Translations under genes and position numbers: made by a program | The notes under the pieces: generated by a model | Told to the model about the DNA's origin: nothing | Seen by the model: only the letters and a program-made list of their open reading frames with translations | Database searches by the model: none | In this document: positions 21,208-30,589 of the stretch, piece by piece | Layout: each line of letters begins with the position of its first letter | Position numbering within the stretch: position 1 is the stretch's first letter | From: an uncultured Candidatus Rokubacteria bacterium | GTDB lineage: Bacteria; Methylomirabilota; Methylomirabilia; Rokubacteriales; CSP1-6 | DNA: 64,000 nt | Direction: 5' to 3' | Assembly (NCBI GenBank): GCA_963762145.1 | Contig: CAVXJS010000010.1 | Location: 224,001-288,000, forward strand

Positions 21208-22227
21208 ATGAAGCTCGGGATTTATCTCAACGCGCAGCACCCTGCTACCGATGATCCGGCGCGGCGGTTTGCCGAGACGCTGGAGCAGGCGCGGATGATC
21301 CACGACCTCGGGTTCGATTCGATCTGGGGCGGGGAGCACCACGCCACGCCGGGGTTTCACTATTTTCCGCTGCTGCCGATGCTGCAGCGGCTGGCCGCGG
21401 AGGTGCCCGGGCTCGGCATCGGGACCAATCTGGTGCTGCTGCCGCTGCACAACCCGGTCGAGATCGCGGAGACCGCCGCGTTCCTCGACGTGATCACCGG
21501 CGGGCGCTTCATGCTGGGCGTGGGGCTCGGCTACCGCCCGGAGGAGTTCGCGATCTTCGGGGTACCCATGGCGGACCGGGTGAGCCGGCTCGCCGAGGGG
21601 GTGGAGATCATCCGCCGGCTCTGGACCGAGGACAAGGTCACGCATCGCGGGCGGCACTGGAGCTTCGAGGACGTCACGATCCGCCCGCGCCCCGTCCAGC
21701 GCCCGCGCCCGCCGATCCTGGTGGGCTCGCAGATCCCGGCCGGCATCGCGCGCGCGGCCCGCATCGCCGACGGCTGGCTCGTCGTCCCGGTGCCGCGCGT
21801 GGACGAGTTCGCCGCGCAGGCGAAGGCCTTCACCGCGGCCCGCGCCAGGGACGGCCTGTCCGCGGAGCCCCAGATCTGCCGGCTGCTCGAGGTGGTCTGC
21901 GCGCCCGACGAGGACACCGCGATCCGGCGCGCGGCGCCCTACCTGCTCGACAAATACGCCGCCTATCTCTCCTGGGGGCTCGAGGGCGTCACGCTCGATC
22001 CTTCCGCCCCGCCGGCGGAGCAGCTCCGCCGCCTGGCCGCCAACCGCTTCGCCCTCGGCTCGCCCGACCAGGTGACCGAGATGCTGCTCGCCCAGCACGC
22101 GGCGGGCGCCACCCACCTCACCATGCGCGTGAGCTGGCCGGGCATGCCGCAGGCCGACGTCCTGGCCGGCATCGAGCTGCTCGGCCGCGAGGTTCTCCCC
22201 GCAGTTCGCCGCCGCCTCAGGAGCTAG
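21208..22227 (+). CDS. LLM class flavin-dependent oxidoreductase
   Basis: WGGEHH, LDVITGGRFMLGVGLGYRPEEF and PRPVQRPRPPI motifs. Confidence 0.9.
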   Translation: MKLGIYLNAQHPATDDPARRFAETLEQARMIHDLGFDSIWGGEHHATPGFHYFPLLPMLQRLAAEVPGLGIGTNLVLLPLHNPVEIAETAAFLDVITGGRFMLGVGLGYRPEEFAIFGVPMADRVSRLAEGVEIIRRLWTEDKVTHRGRHWSFEDVTIRPRPVQRPRPPILVGSQIPAGIARAARIADGWLVVPVPRVDEFAAQAKAFTAARARDGLSAEPQICRLLEVVCAPDEDTAIRRAAPYLLDKYAAYLSWGLEGVTLDPSAPPAEQLRRLAANRFALGSPDQVTEMLLAQHAAGATHLTMRVSWPGMPQADVLAGIELLGREVLPAVRRRLRS

Positions 22228-22229
22228 CC

Positions 22230-23312
22230 ATGCGAGTCGCCGCCCGCCAGATCCAGCAGCAGCTCGAGTCCGTGTTCACCGCGTGGGGCATGTCGGCCGC
22301 GCACGCGGCCACCACCGCGCAGATGATGGTCGAGACCGACCTGCGCGGGGTGGACTCCCACGGGATCTCGATGCTGCCGACCTATGACAAGGAGTTCCGC
22401 GCCGGCCGGCTCAACATGCGCCCGCAGTGGAAGACGGTGCGCGACATGCCGTCGATGGCCCGGATCGACGCGGACCGCTCGCTCGGCCACCCGGTGTCGG
22501 TGCACGCGATGAACCTCGCGGTCGACAAGTGTCTCGCCACCGGCGTCGCGGTGGTCGCGGTCTACAACTCGCACCACTTCGGCGCGGCCGGCTGCTACGC
22601 GAAGATCGCGTCGGACCGTGGCGTGATCGGCATGGTGACCTCCGCCACCCGCGGTGTCACGCTGGTGCCCACCTTCGCGGCGGAGCCGGTCATGGGGACG
22701 AACCCGCTCGCCTTCGCGGCGCCCGCGAAGAAGAACGCGTCGTTCGAGCTCGACATGGCGACGACCACCGTCGCGGCGGGCAAGGTGAAGGTCTACAAGC
22801 TCAACCACAAGCCGGTGCCGTCGGGCTGGGTGGTGGACGGCGACGGCCGGCCGGTCACCGACGAGGCGGCCGCGTTCCAGCACGTGTTCGAGCGCCCCGA
22901 CGGCGGCATCACCCCGCTCGGCGGCAGCCGCGACCTGGGCGGGCACAAGGGCTACGGCCTGGCGGTGATGGTGCACATCCTGGGCGGTGCGCTCGCGGGC
23001 GCGTCCTTCTCCCCGCTGCGCAACAAGACCCAGCGCGAGTCCGACCCGCACAACATCGGCCACTTCTTCATGGCGATCGACCCGCGCGCGTTTCGCGACG
23101 AGGGGGACTTCGAGCGCGACCTGGACGACGTGATCGATGTGCTGCACGGGGCCAAGCGCGTGGACCCGAAGCAGCCGGTGATGGTGGCGGGCGATCCGGA
23201 GCGGCTCACGCGCGCGGAGCGGCTCGAGCAGGGCGTGCCCATCCCCGACGACCTGATGACCCAGCTCCGCGGCGTCGCCGCGGCGGCCGGCGTCCCGTTC
23301 GTGCTCGCCTGA
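22230..23312 (+). CDS. Ldh_2 family (malate/L-lactate/ureidoglycolate-type) oxidoreductase
   Basis: DLRGVDSHG, NSHHFG, GTNPLAFA, LDMATT and GGHKGYGLA motifs. Confidence 0.92.
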   Translation: MRVAARQIQQQLESVFTAWGMSAAHAATTAQMMVETDLRGVDSHGISMLPTYDKEFRAGRLNMRPQWKTVRDMPSMARIDADRSLGHPVSVHAMNLAVDKCLATGVAVVAVYNSHHFGAAGCYAKIASDRGVIGMVTSATRGVTLVPTFAAEPVMGTNPLAFAAPAKKNASFELDMATTTVAAGKVKVYKLNHKPVPSGWVVDGDGRPVTDEAAAFQHVFERPDGGITPLGGSRDLGGHKGYGLAVMVHILGGALAGASFSPLRNKTQRESDPHNIGHFFMAIDPRAFRDEGDFERDLDDVIDVLHGAKRVDPKQPVMVAGDPERLTRAERLEQGVPIPDDLMTQLRGVAAAAGVPFVLA

Positions 23313-23319
23313 GGACCGA

Positions 23320-23465
23320 CCCCTCACCCTGCCCTCTCCCCAGCGGGGAGAGGGAAGAGCGGGCGGGCTTCGGCGAACCCTCTCCCCTCAGGGGAGAGGG
23401 TAGGGTGAGGGGCCCGAAGAGAGGGGAAAGGTGAGGGGCCCGAAGGTGAGGGGCCCGAAGGTGAG
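23320..23465. repeat. Family B REP pair (CCCTCACCC-N-CCCTCTCCC...GGGAGAGGG) plus tandem 15-mers
   Basis: Inverted REP copies at 23320-23354 and 23378-23412. GTGAGGGGCCCGAAG occurs at 23405, 23431 and 23446. Lies between convergent genes. Confidence 0.88.
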
Positions 23466-23473
23466 TTGTGTTC

Positions 23474-24403
23474 CTAGCCGAGGGCCTTGCGCAGCGCTCC
23501 GGCCATCTCGTCCAGCAGCGCGCGCGACTGGTCGAGGATGCGCGTCATCCGCACGAAGCCGTGGAACATGCCGGGGTACTGCGTGAGCGTCACCGACACC
23601 CCGGCCTCGCGCAGCCGCTTCGCGTAGGCCTCGCCCTCGTCGCGCAGGGGATCGCACCCCGCGGTGATCACGAGCGCGGGCGGCAGGTCGGCGAGGCTCT
23701 TGGCCAGCAGCGGCGAGGCGTTCGGCTCGCGGCCCTGCTCCTCACGCGACAGGTAGTGCTTCCAGAACCACCGCATGTCCTCGGTGGTCAGGAGATAGCC
23801 GGTGGCGTTCTCGCGATAGGACGGCGTGTCGAAGGAGTAGTTGGTGACCGGGTAGATCAGGAGCTGGAGCGAGAGCCGCGGGCCGTGCCGGTCGCGCGCC
23901 ATGAGCGCCATCACCGCGGCGAGGTTGCCGCCCGCGCTGTCGCCGCCCACCGCGATCCGAGCGGGATCGAGCCCGAGGCGCGCGCCGTTGGCCGCCACCC
24001 ACTGCAGGCCCGCGTAGGAGTCGTCGACCGGCGTCGGGTACTTGAACTCCGGCGCCAGCCGGTAGTCCACCGAGGCCACCGCGCAGCCCGCCGCGTTGAC
24101 GAGCGACCGGCAGATGCCGTCGTGGGTGTAGAGGTCGCCGATCACCCAGCCGCCGCCGTGGTAGAAGACCAGCACCGGGTGCGGTCCGTGGCCGGCGGGG
24201 CTGTAGACGCGCACCGTGATCTCGCCGCCCGTCACCGGGACGTGGTGATCCGCGACGGCCGGCACGTCCTCGACCGGTCCGAGCCCGGCGGTGCGCGTCC
24301 GCATGGACTCGCGGGCCTCGTCGGGGGTGGATTGCGGGATCGGCTTGAGGTTCAGCGCGGCGACCATCTCCACGACCTTCTGGGCTTGGGGATCGAGCGG
24401 CAT
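23474..24403 (-). CDS. HSL-family esterase/lipase (alpha/beta hydrolase)
   Basis: HGGGW, YRLAPE, GDSAGG, DPLRDEG and HGF motifs. Confidence 0.93.
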   Translation of the reverse strand: MPLDPQAQKVVEMVAALNLKPIPQSTPDEARESMRTRTAGLGPVEDVPAVADHHVPVTGGEITVRVYSPAGHGPHPVLVFYHGGGWVIGDLYTHDGICRSLVNAAGCAVASVDYRLAPEFKYPTPVDDSYAGLQWVAANGARLGLDPARIAVGGDSAGGNLAAVMALMARDRHGPRLSLQLLIYPVTNYSFDTPSYRENATGYLLTTEDMRWFWKHYLSREEQGREPNASPLLAKSLADLPPALVITAGCDPLRDEGEAYAKRLREAGVSVTLTQYPGMFHGFVRMTRILDQSRALLDEMAGALRKALG

Positions 24404-24441
24404 GGGTGTGTCCTCCCGGTTGCGATTCAGGTGGTGCCGCG

Positions 24442-24528
24442 ACAGTAGGCAATCCCGCGCGCGTCGTCAAGGGATGCCACGTCAAGGGGCCGCGCGGATT
24501 GACAGCCCGCGGCGCCGGCACGTACACT
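24442..24528. promoter_or_regulatory. Divergent sigma70 promoters (esterase / ABC operon)
   Basis: Minus strand: TTGACG-N17-TACTGT (24470-24442). Plus strand: TTGACA-N18-TACACT (24499-24528). Confidence 0.55.
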
Positions 24529-24582
24529 CGCCGCGTCTCCAACGCCGCGACTCCGCTCACCGTTCCAAGGAGGAACGCTCCC

Positions 24583-26112
24583 ATGCCCCGTTCTCTCGAG
24601 GCGGTCGCCGCCGCCTGGCTCGCCGCGCTCTTGCTGCTCGTCGCCGCCGCCCCCGCGGCCGCCCAGGCCCCCCGCTCCGGCGGCACCCTGCGCGCGGCGA
24701 TGCGCGCCGAGGTCTCGACCTTCGACCCGCACAAGGGCGCCTCGGGCTCCGATCACATGTACCTGTACCCGGTGTTCGACACCCTCGTGCGCTTCGACGA
24801 CAAGCTGAACCCCCGACCGGGACTGGCCGAGTCGTGGGAGACGCCGGACCCGAAGACGCTCGTGCTCAAGCTGCGCAAGGACGTCAAGTTCCACGACGGC
24901 ACGCCGTTCAACGCGGAGGCGGTGCGCTTCAACCTGGCCCGCGCGCAGGACCGGTCGATCTCGTCGATGGCGTCCGAGCTGACCAGCATCGAGCAGGTGG
25001 AGGTGGCGGATCCCTCCACGGTGCGTCTCAAGCTCAAGGCGCCGGACGCCTCGCTGATCCTGGCCTTCGCGGATCGCGCGGGCATGATGATCTCGCCCAC
25101 CGCGGTCCAGAAGCTGGGCGACCAGTTCGGGCGCCAGCCGGTGGGCGCGGGCGAGTTCCGGATGGTGCGCTGGCAGCCGGGCAGCGAGGTGCGGATGGAG
25201 CGCTTCGCGGACTACTACGAGCCGGGCCGCCCGTACCTCGACGCGATCCTGTTCCGGATCATCCCGGACGCCGACACGCGCGTCTCCGCGCTGCGCAGCG
25301 GGCAGGTGGACTTCATCATGGAGGTGCCCGCCCAGGACTTCGCCTCGCTCAAGGGCGAGCGCAACCTGAAGGCGATCGAGGGGCCGACGCTCGCCTACTG
25401 GCGCGTGTTCCTCAACATGGCCAAGCCGCCGCTCGAGAAGAAGGCGGTCCGCGAGGCGATGAACCTGGCCCTCGATCGCCCGACGCTGCTGCGCACGATC
25501 ATCTTCGGCCTGGGCGAGGTGGCGGCCTCACCGTTCCCGGTCGGTTACTGGGCGCACAACGCCTCGCTCAAGCCGTGGCCGCACGATCCCGCGCGCGCGA
25601 AGGCCAAGCTGGCCGAGGCCGGCCTGCCCAACGGCTTCACGATGGACATGGTGCTCGAGCCGACGCCCGAGCACGTGCGGCGCGCGGAGGCCATCCAGGC
25701 GCAGTGGGGCGCGGTCGGCATCAAGGTGGATCTCAAGCCGATGGACCTGGCCAAGGGCGTGCAGTCGTTCTTCCGTGCCAAGGAGCTGATGGCGGGTAAC
25801 TATCGCTGGACGGGGCGGCCCGATCCCGACCAGACCGTGCGCGGGATGTTCCACTCCACCGGCTTCTACAACCCGGGCGGCCTCAAGATCGCGCGCATCG
25901 AGGAGCTGATGGACCAGGCCAAGGCGACCTATCGCCTGGAGGACCGGCGGCGGCTCTACCAGCAGCTCAGCGAGGTGATCCAGCAGGAGGCGATGGACAC
26001 CGGCATCTACGTGGCGTACTCGCTCGAGGCCATGAGCACGACGCTGCAGGGCTACCAGCCCAACTTCCTCGGCAAGCCGATGTTCCGCGGGGCCTGGCTG
26101 CAGGGCAAGTAG
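24583..26112 (+). CDS. ABC transporter substrate-binding protein, family 5 (peptide/nickel type)
   Basis: PGLAESWE, LRKDVKFHDGTPFNAEAV and PVGAGEF motifs; AAGGAGG RBS. Confidence 0.92.
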   Translation: MPRSLEAVAAAWLAALLLLVAAAPAAAQAPRSGGTLRAAMRAEVSTFDPHKGASGSDHMYLYPVFDTLVRFDDKLNPRPGLAESWETPDPKTLVLKLRKDVKFHDGTPFNAEAVRFNLARAQDRSISSMASELTSIEQVEVADPSTVRLKLKAPDASLILAFADRAGMMISPTAVQKLGDQFGRQPVGAGEFRMVRWQPGSEVRMERFADYYEPGRPYLDAILFRIIPDADTRVSALRSGQVDFIMEVPAQDFASLKGERNLKAIEGPTLAYWRVFLNMAKPPLEKKAVREAMNLALDRPTLLRTIIFGLGEVAASPFPVGYWAHNASLKPWPHDPARAKAKLAEAGLPNGFTMDMVLEPTPEHVRRAEAIQAQWGAVGIKVDLKPMDLAKGVQSFFRAKELMAGNYRWTGRPDPDQTVRGMFHSTGFYNPGGLKIARIEELMDQAKATYRLEDRRRLYQQLSEVIQQEAMDTGIYVAYSLEAMSTTLQGYQPNFLGKPMFRGAWLQGK

Positions 26113-26124
26113 GACGCGGCGGAC

Positions 26125-27072
26125 GTGGGGCGCTTCCTCCGGCGCCGGCTGCTGGCGGTGGTGCCGCTGCTGCTGCTCGTCACCTCGATGGTGTTCTCGC
26201 TCGTGCTGCTGCTGCCGGGCGATCCGGCGGTGGCGCTCGTGGGGATGGAGGACGCGAGCGAGGAGAAGCTGGCCGCGATCCGCGAGCGGCTCGGCCTTAA
26301 CCGGCCGCTCGTCGTGCAGTACGCGAGCTGGCTCGGGCGCATGGCGCGGGGCGATCTCGGCGTGTCGCTGCGCACCGGCCAGCCGGTGACCGAGGCGATC
26401 TGGGACCGCGCGCCGGTCACCCTCGGCCTGGCCCTGGCCGCGACCGCCTTCGGCCTGCTGGTGGGCGTCCCGCTCGCGGTGCTGGCGGCCCACCGGCGCG
26501 GCAGCCTGGTCGACGCGGCGGCGAGCGGGCTGGCCGCCTTCGGCGTCGCGGTGCCGAACTTCTGGCTCGGCTCCATGTTCGTGCTGGTGCTGGCGCTCCA
26601 CCTGCGCTGGCTGCCCGCCACCGGCTACGTGAGCCCGTTCGAGTCGGGAAGCGACGCGTTCCGCCACCTGCTGCTGCCCACGCTCACGCTCGGCGCCTCC
26701 GCGGTCGCGGAGGTCACGCGCCAGCTCCGGTCGTCCCTGGGCGAGGTGCTGGCCGCCGACTACGTGAAGACCGCGCGCGCCAAGGGCCTGGCCGAGGCGG
26801 CCGTGGTGGCCAAGCACGCGATGCGCCCCGCGCTGATCCCGGTGGTGACGGTGGCCGGGCTCACCGTCTCGCGGCTGGTCAGCAACACCGTCGTGGTCGA
26901 GTCCATCTTCGCGCTCCCCGGCCTCGGCCGGCTCAATCTGGAGGCGGTGCTCACGCGGGACTTCCCGATGCTGCAGGGCGCGGTGCTGGTCACCGTGCTC
27001 GCGGTGATCGTGGTCAACGTGCTCTCGGATCTCCTCTACGGCTTCATCGACCCGCGGATCCGCTATGGGTGA
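26125..27072 (+). CDS. ABC transporter permease (DppB-like)
   Basis: LPGDPA, GDLGVS, DYVKTARAKGL and DPRIR motifs. Confidence 0.92.
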   Translation: MGRFLRRRLLAVVPLLLLVTSMVFSLVLLLPGDPAVALVGMEDASEEKLAAIRERLGLNRPLVVQYASWLGRMARGDLGVSLRTGQPVTEAIWDRAPVTLGLALAATAFGLLVGVPLAVLAAHRRGSLVDAAASGLAAFGVAVPNFWLGSMFVLVLALHLRWLPATGYVSPFESGSDAFRHLLLPTLTLGASAVAEVTRQLRSSLGEVLAADYVKTARAKGLAEAAVVAKHAMRPALIPVVTVAGLTVSRLVSNTVVVESIFALPGLGRLNLEAVLTRDFPMLQGAVLVTVLAVIVVNVLSDLLYGFIDPRIRYG

Positions 27073-27910
27073 GTGGCGGCTCGCGCTCCGGCGCTTCGCG
27101 CGGCGCCGCGCCGCGGTGGTGGGCGCGGTCTACCTGGTGCTGCTGGTCGCGGGCGCGCTGCTCGCGCCGGTGGTGGCCCCGTACGATCCGCTCAAGCAGG
27201 ATCTCGGGCGCATGCTGACCGCGCCCTCGTCCGCGCACCCGCTCGGCACCGACGACCTGGGGCGCGACGTGCTCACGCGCCTGCTCTACGGCGCGCGCCT
27301 CTCGCTGGGCGCCGCGTGCCTGGCGGTGGCCATCGCCACGCTGGCCGGCGTGCCGATCGGCCTCGTCGCGGGTTACCTGGGCGGGGCCGTCGACGACGCG
27401 CTGATGCGGGTGATCGACGCTCTCCAGGCGTTCCCGGCCCTGATCCTGGCCATGGCCATCGCGGCCGCGCTCGGCCCCGGCCTCTTCAACGTGATGGTCG
27501 CGGTGGGCATCGTCTACACCCCGCGCTTCGCCCGCCTCGTGCGCGGCCAGGTGCTCTCGCTCCGCGAGGAGCCGTTCGTGGAGAGCGCCCGCGCCGCCGG
27601 CGCCACCCACGGGCGCGTGCTCGGCCGCCACGTGCTGCCGAACGTGCTGGCCCCGGTCATCGTGCAGGTGTCCATCGGCGTCGCCTTCGCGCTGCTGGCC
27701 GAGACCGCGCTGTCCTTCCTGGGCGTGGGCATCAAACCGCCGGAGCCCTCGTGGGGCACCGACGTCGGGCGCGGCTACCGCTTCATGCGCCTGGCCCCCT
27801 GGCTCGTCTTCATGCCCGGGACCGCGATCCTGCTCACCGCGCTCGCCTTCAACCTGGTCGGCGACGGCATTCGCGACGCATTCGACCCCCGCCAGAGCCG
27901 CGAAGCCTAG
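27065..27910 (+). CDS. ABC transporter permease (DppC-like)
   Basis: HPLGTDDLGRD, EAA motif, HVLPN and GDGIRDAFDP. Confidence 0.92.
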   Translation: MGEWRLALRRFARRRAAVVGAVYLVLLVAGALLAPVVAPYDPLKQDLGRMLTAPSSAHPLGTDDLGRDVLTRLLYGARLSLGAACLAVAIATLAGVPIGLVAGYLGGAVDDALMRVIDALQAFPALILAMAIAAALGPGLFNVMVAVGIVYTPRFARLVRGQVLSLREEPFVESARAAGATHGRVLGRHVLPNVLAPVIVQVSIGVAFALLAETALSFLGVGIKPPEPSWGTDVGRGYRFMRLAPWLVFMPGTAILLTALAFNLVGDGIRDAFDPRQSREA

Positions 27911-27929
27911 CGGCCTGCGGCCAGGCGCT

Positions 27930-29132
27930 CTACGAGGCGGCTCCGCGGCGGAGGCGGCGGGTGCCGATCATGAGCACGGTCGCGCCCAGCCAGGCCAGGG
28001 CGCCGTCCATCATGAAGGCGCCGGAGAGGCTCAGCGCGGCCAGCCCTCCGCTGACCAGCGGGCTCGCCGCGGTGCCCACCTGCACGCTCAGCGCGAGCCA
28101 GCCGAAGGCGGCGCCGCGCTGCTCGCCCGGCACCAGCGTGCCGCCGAGCGAGTAGGCCAGGGTCAGCGCGCCGCCCAGGCAGAAGCCGGTGAGACAGCGC
28201 AGCAGCATGAGGCTCTGCCAGCCGGGCGCCAGGGCCATGAGCGCGCAGGGCAGGCCGCCCAGGAGCAGGCCCACCAGCAGGAGCCGCTCGGGCGGCCAGC
28301 GCTGGGCGAGGCGGCCGGCCGCGAGGGCCGAGCCGGTGGCGCAGATGGCGGCGAGCGAGATGATCTCGCCCGAGGTGGCCGCGATGTGGCTCACGTCGGG
28401 CAGCGCGGCCACCTTGAGCGGCACGAGCAGCGACAGGCCGCGATCGATGAACTGGCTGATGAAGAGCAGGACCAGCACGAGCGGGAACCCGCGCCGGCCC
28501 AGCACGTCGCGCAGCGTGAAGCTGCTCTCGCGGGTGGGCGCCGCGGCGCCGTCGGCCGCGCGGGGCCGGCCCTCGTCGAAGAGCAGGATGAGCCCGACGA
28601 GGGAGATCGCGCACATCCCCGCGGTGACGAAGAAGGCGTAGCGCAGGCCGAAGTGGGAGGCCACGTAGCCGCCCGCGGCCGGACCGACCGCGACGCTCAG
28701 GAGCTGCGCGCCCTGCACCCGCCCGATGGCCACCGGCACCTTGTCCTTCGGGCAGGACACGCTCGCCAGCGCCATGGCGAAGACGGAGAAGCCCGCGATG
28801 ACGCCCTGGAGCACGCGCAGGACCATGAGCTGGGTGACCGAGGTCACGAGGCCCATCGCGGCCACGATGATCACGAAGCCGGCGAGCGAGCGGATCATCA
28901 TCATCTTGCGGCCGACGCGGTCGGCGAAGCGGCCCCAGAGCGGGCCCAGCAGCCCCGAGACCGCGGGGGTCACCGCGGTGAGCGCGCCGGACCAGAGGGC
29001 GACCCGGGTGGGCTCGGTGACGCCGAGCTCGATCACGTACAGCGGCAGGAAGGGCGAGAAGAACTGGAAGCCGACGAACGCGATGAAGACGACGAGGGCG
29101 AGGGCCCAGACGTTGCGCTCCCAGCTCTCCAC
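27930..29132 (-). CDS. MFS transporter (MdtG/DHA1-like)
   Basis: WGRFADRVGRK motif A, LRVLQG, 12 TM helices. Confidence 0.9.
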   Translation of the reverse strand: MESWERNVWALALVVFIAFVGFQFFSPFLPLYVIELGVTEPTRVALWSGALTAVTPAVSGLLGPLWGRFADRVGRKMMMIRSLAGFVIIVAAMGLVTSVTQLMVLRVLQGVIAGFSVFAMALASVSCPKDKVPVAIGRVQGAQLLSVAVGPAAGGYVASHFGLRYAFFVTAGMCAISLVGLILLFDEGRPRAADGAAAPTRESSFTLRDVLGRRGFPLVLVLLFISQFIDRGLSLLVPLKVAALPDVSHIAATSGEIISLAAICATGSALAAGRLAQRWPPERLLLVGLLLGGLPCALMALAPGWQSLMLLRCLTGFCLGGALTLAYSLGGTLVPGEQRGAAFGWLALSVQVGTAASPLVSGGLAALSLSGAFMMDGALAWLGATVLMIGTRRLRRGAAS

Positions 29133-29167
29133 CGGCCCTAGCCCGGACTATCCATGAACGGGCAGAG

Positions 29168-29650
29168 TCACTCGATGACCTGATTCGCCCTCAGCAGCAC
29201 CGACGAGGGCATCGTCAGGCCAAGCGCCTTGGCGGTCTTCAGATTGATCACGAGCTCGAACTTGGTGGGCTGTTCGACGGGGAGGTCCGCGCGGCTTCGC
29301 GCCCTTGAGGATCTTGTCGACGAAGGCCGCCGCTCGCCGGTACAGATCGCTGAAATCCACCCCGTAGGCTGCGAGGCAGCCGGCTTCCGCATACTCCCGC
29401 AGCGTACACATCGAGGGCAGGCGGCTCTTGACCGTGAGATCTCTGAACCGCGTCCGTTGAGCCATCAGCATCGAGCTTCCCTGGACCAGGAGCGCGCCCG
29501 ATCGCTCCCTCGTCATCACCGCGAAGCTCTCCGTCGAGCTCGGCGGCCAGGCGCACCTCGACGAGCTGGAGACGCACCCCCAGCGCCTCCGGAGCGCCGC
29601 CCTTTGTCTCCCGGCATCAGCCAGTCGCCGGTGCCGGGGTCGCCGGCTAC
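29168..29650 (-). pseudogene. 5'-truncated ABC substrate-binding protein (ABC_sub_bind/TrpX-like)
   Basis: Only the C-terminal half is present (ALGVRLQLVEVR...[37 protein letters not shown]), starting right after the AKR stop. No room for an N-terminus; also frameshifted. Confidence 0.7.
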
Positions 29651-29666
29651 CGGGCCCGGCCCGGGG

Positions 29667-30534
29667 TCACGTGGGCAGGCCGAAGAGCGAGGACATCCGC
29701 GTCGCGTCGTGCATGGCCGCCATCTCCTCGTCGGGAGGGCGGCGCGTGAAGCGGGCGGCCGCCTCCAGCACGCGCGGCAGCAGGGTCAGGTCGCCCGCGG
29801 TGTTGAGAAAGACGTCGGGGCGGCCGAGCACCCAGTGGACGGCACGATCGATGTCGTCCTGGCGCTCGAGCGGCTGATACCACGTGGCGTGGCTCCGGTC
29901 CGCGGTGGCCCAGGGACCGCGCGCGATGCCCTTGATGGTCTGGACGGCCACGTTGCGCTCGCGGCAGATCGCGATGACCTCGCCGAAGGCCTCGCGGTAG
30001 CGATCGTTCTGGACCATGAAGAAGTTGTAGGGCAGCAGGATCGCGTCGAAGTCGAAGCGCGCGAGACTCCGGCGGTGCATGGCCGGGATGCTCCAGCCGT
30101 GGCCGGTGACGCCGATGGCGCGCGCGAGCCCCTGCGCGCGGGCCTCCACGAGCGCCTCGAGGGCGCCGTCCGGGCCCATCACCTGGTCCCAGTCGTCGGG
30201 ATGGCCGAGCGAGTGGATCTGGATGAGGTCCACGTGGTCCACGCGCAGGCGCTCGAGCGAGCGGTGGAGGTCCTCGCGCGCGCCGCGCGCTCCGCGCGAG
30301 CCGGTCTTGGTGGCGAGGAAGAAATCCTTCCGGTGCCGGGCCATCCACGGCGCCGATGCGCAGCTCGGAGTCGCCGTAGCGCGCGGCGGTGTCGATGTGG
30401 TTCACCCCGTGGGTGAGCAGCATCTCGAGCGCCCGATCGGCCTCGTCCTGGCCGACGCGCGCCAGCGCGGCGGCCCCAAAGATGGTCGCGGTGCTCTGGT
30501 GCCCGGTGCGTCCGAACGGCCGCCTCTCGATCAT
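29667..30534 (-). CDS. Aldo/keto reductase (frameshift near 30350)
   Basis: [34 protein letters not shown] and IGVTGH motifs. Confidence 0.88.
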
Positions 30535-30551
30535 CGCGATGCCTCCGATCA

Positions 30552-30587
30552 CCCTCTCCCCGCTGGGGAGAGGGCCAGGGTGAGGGG
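30552..30587. repeat. Family B REP, single copy
   Basis: CCCTCTCCCCGCTGGGGAGAGGGCCAGGGTGAGGGG between the Mo-subunit stop and the AKR RBS. Confidence 0.85.
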
Positions 30588-30589
30588 GT

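Noticed and set aside
23320-23465. Possible CRISPR array
   Set aside because: Units are 15 bp and mostly adjacent, with no unique spacers and no cas genes; they derive from REP ends.
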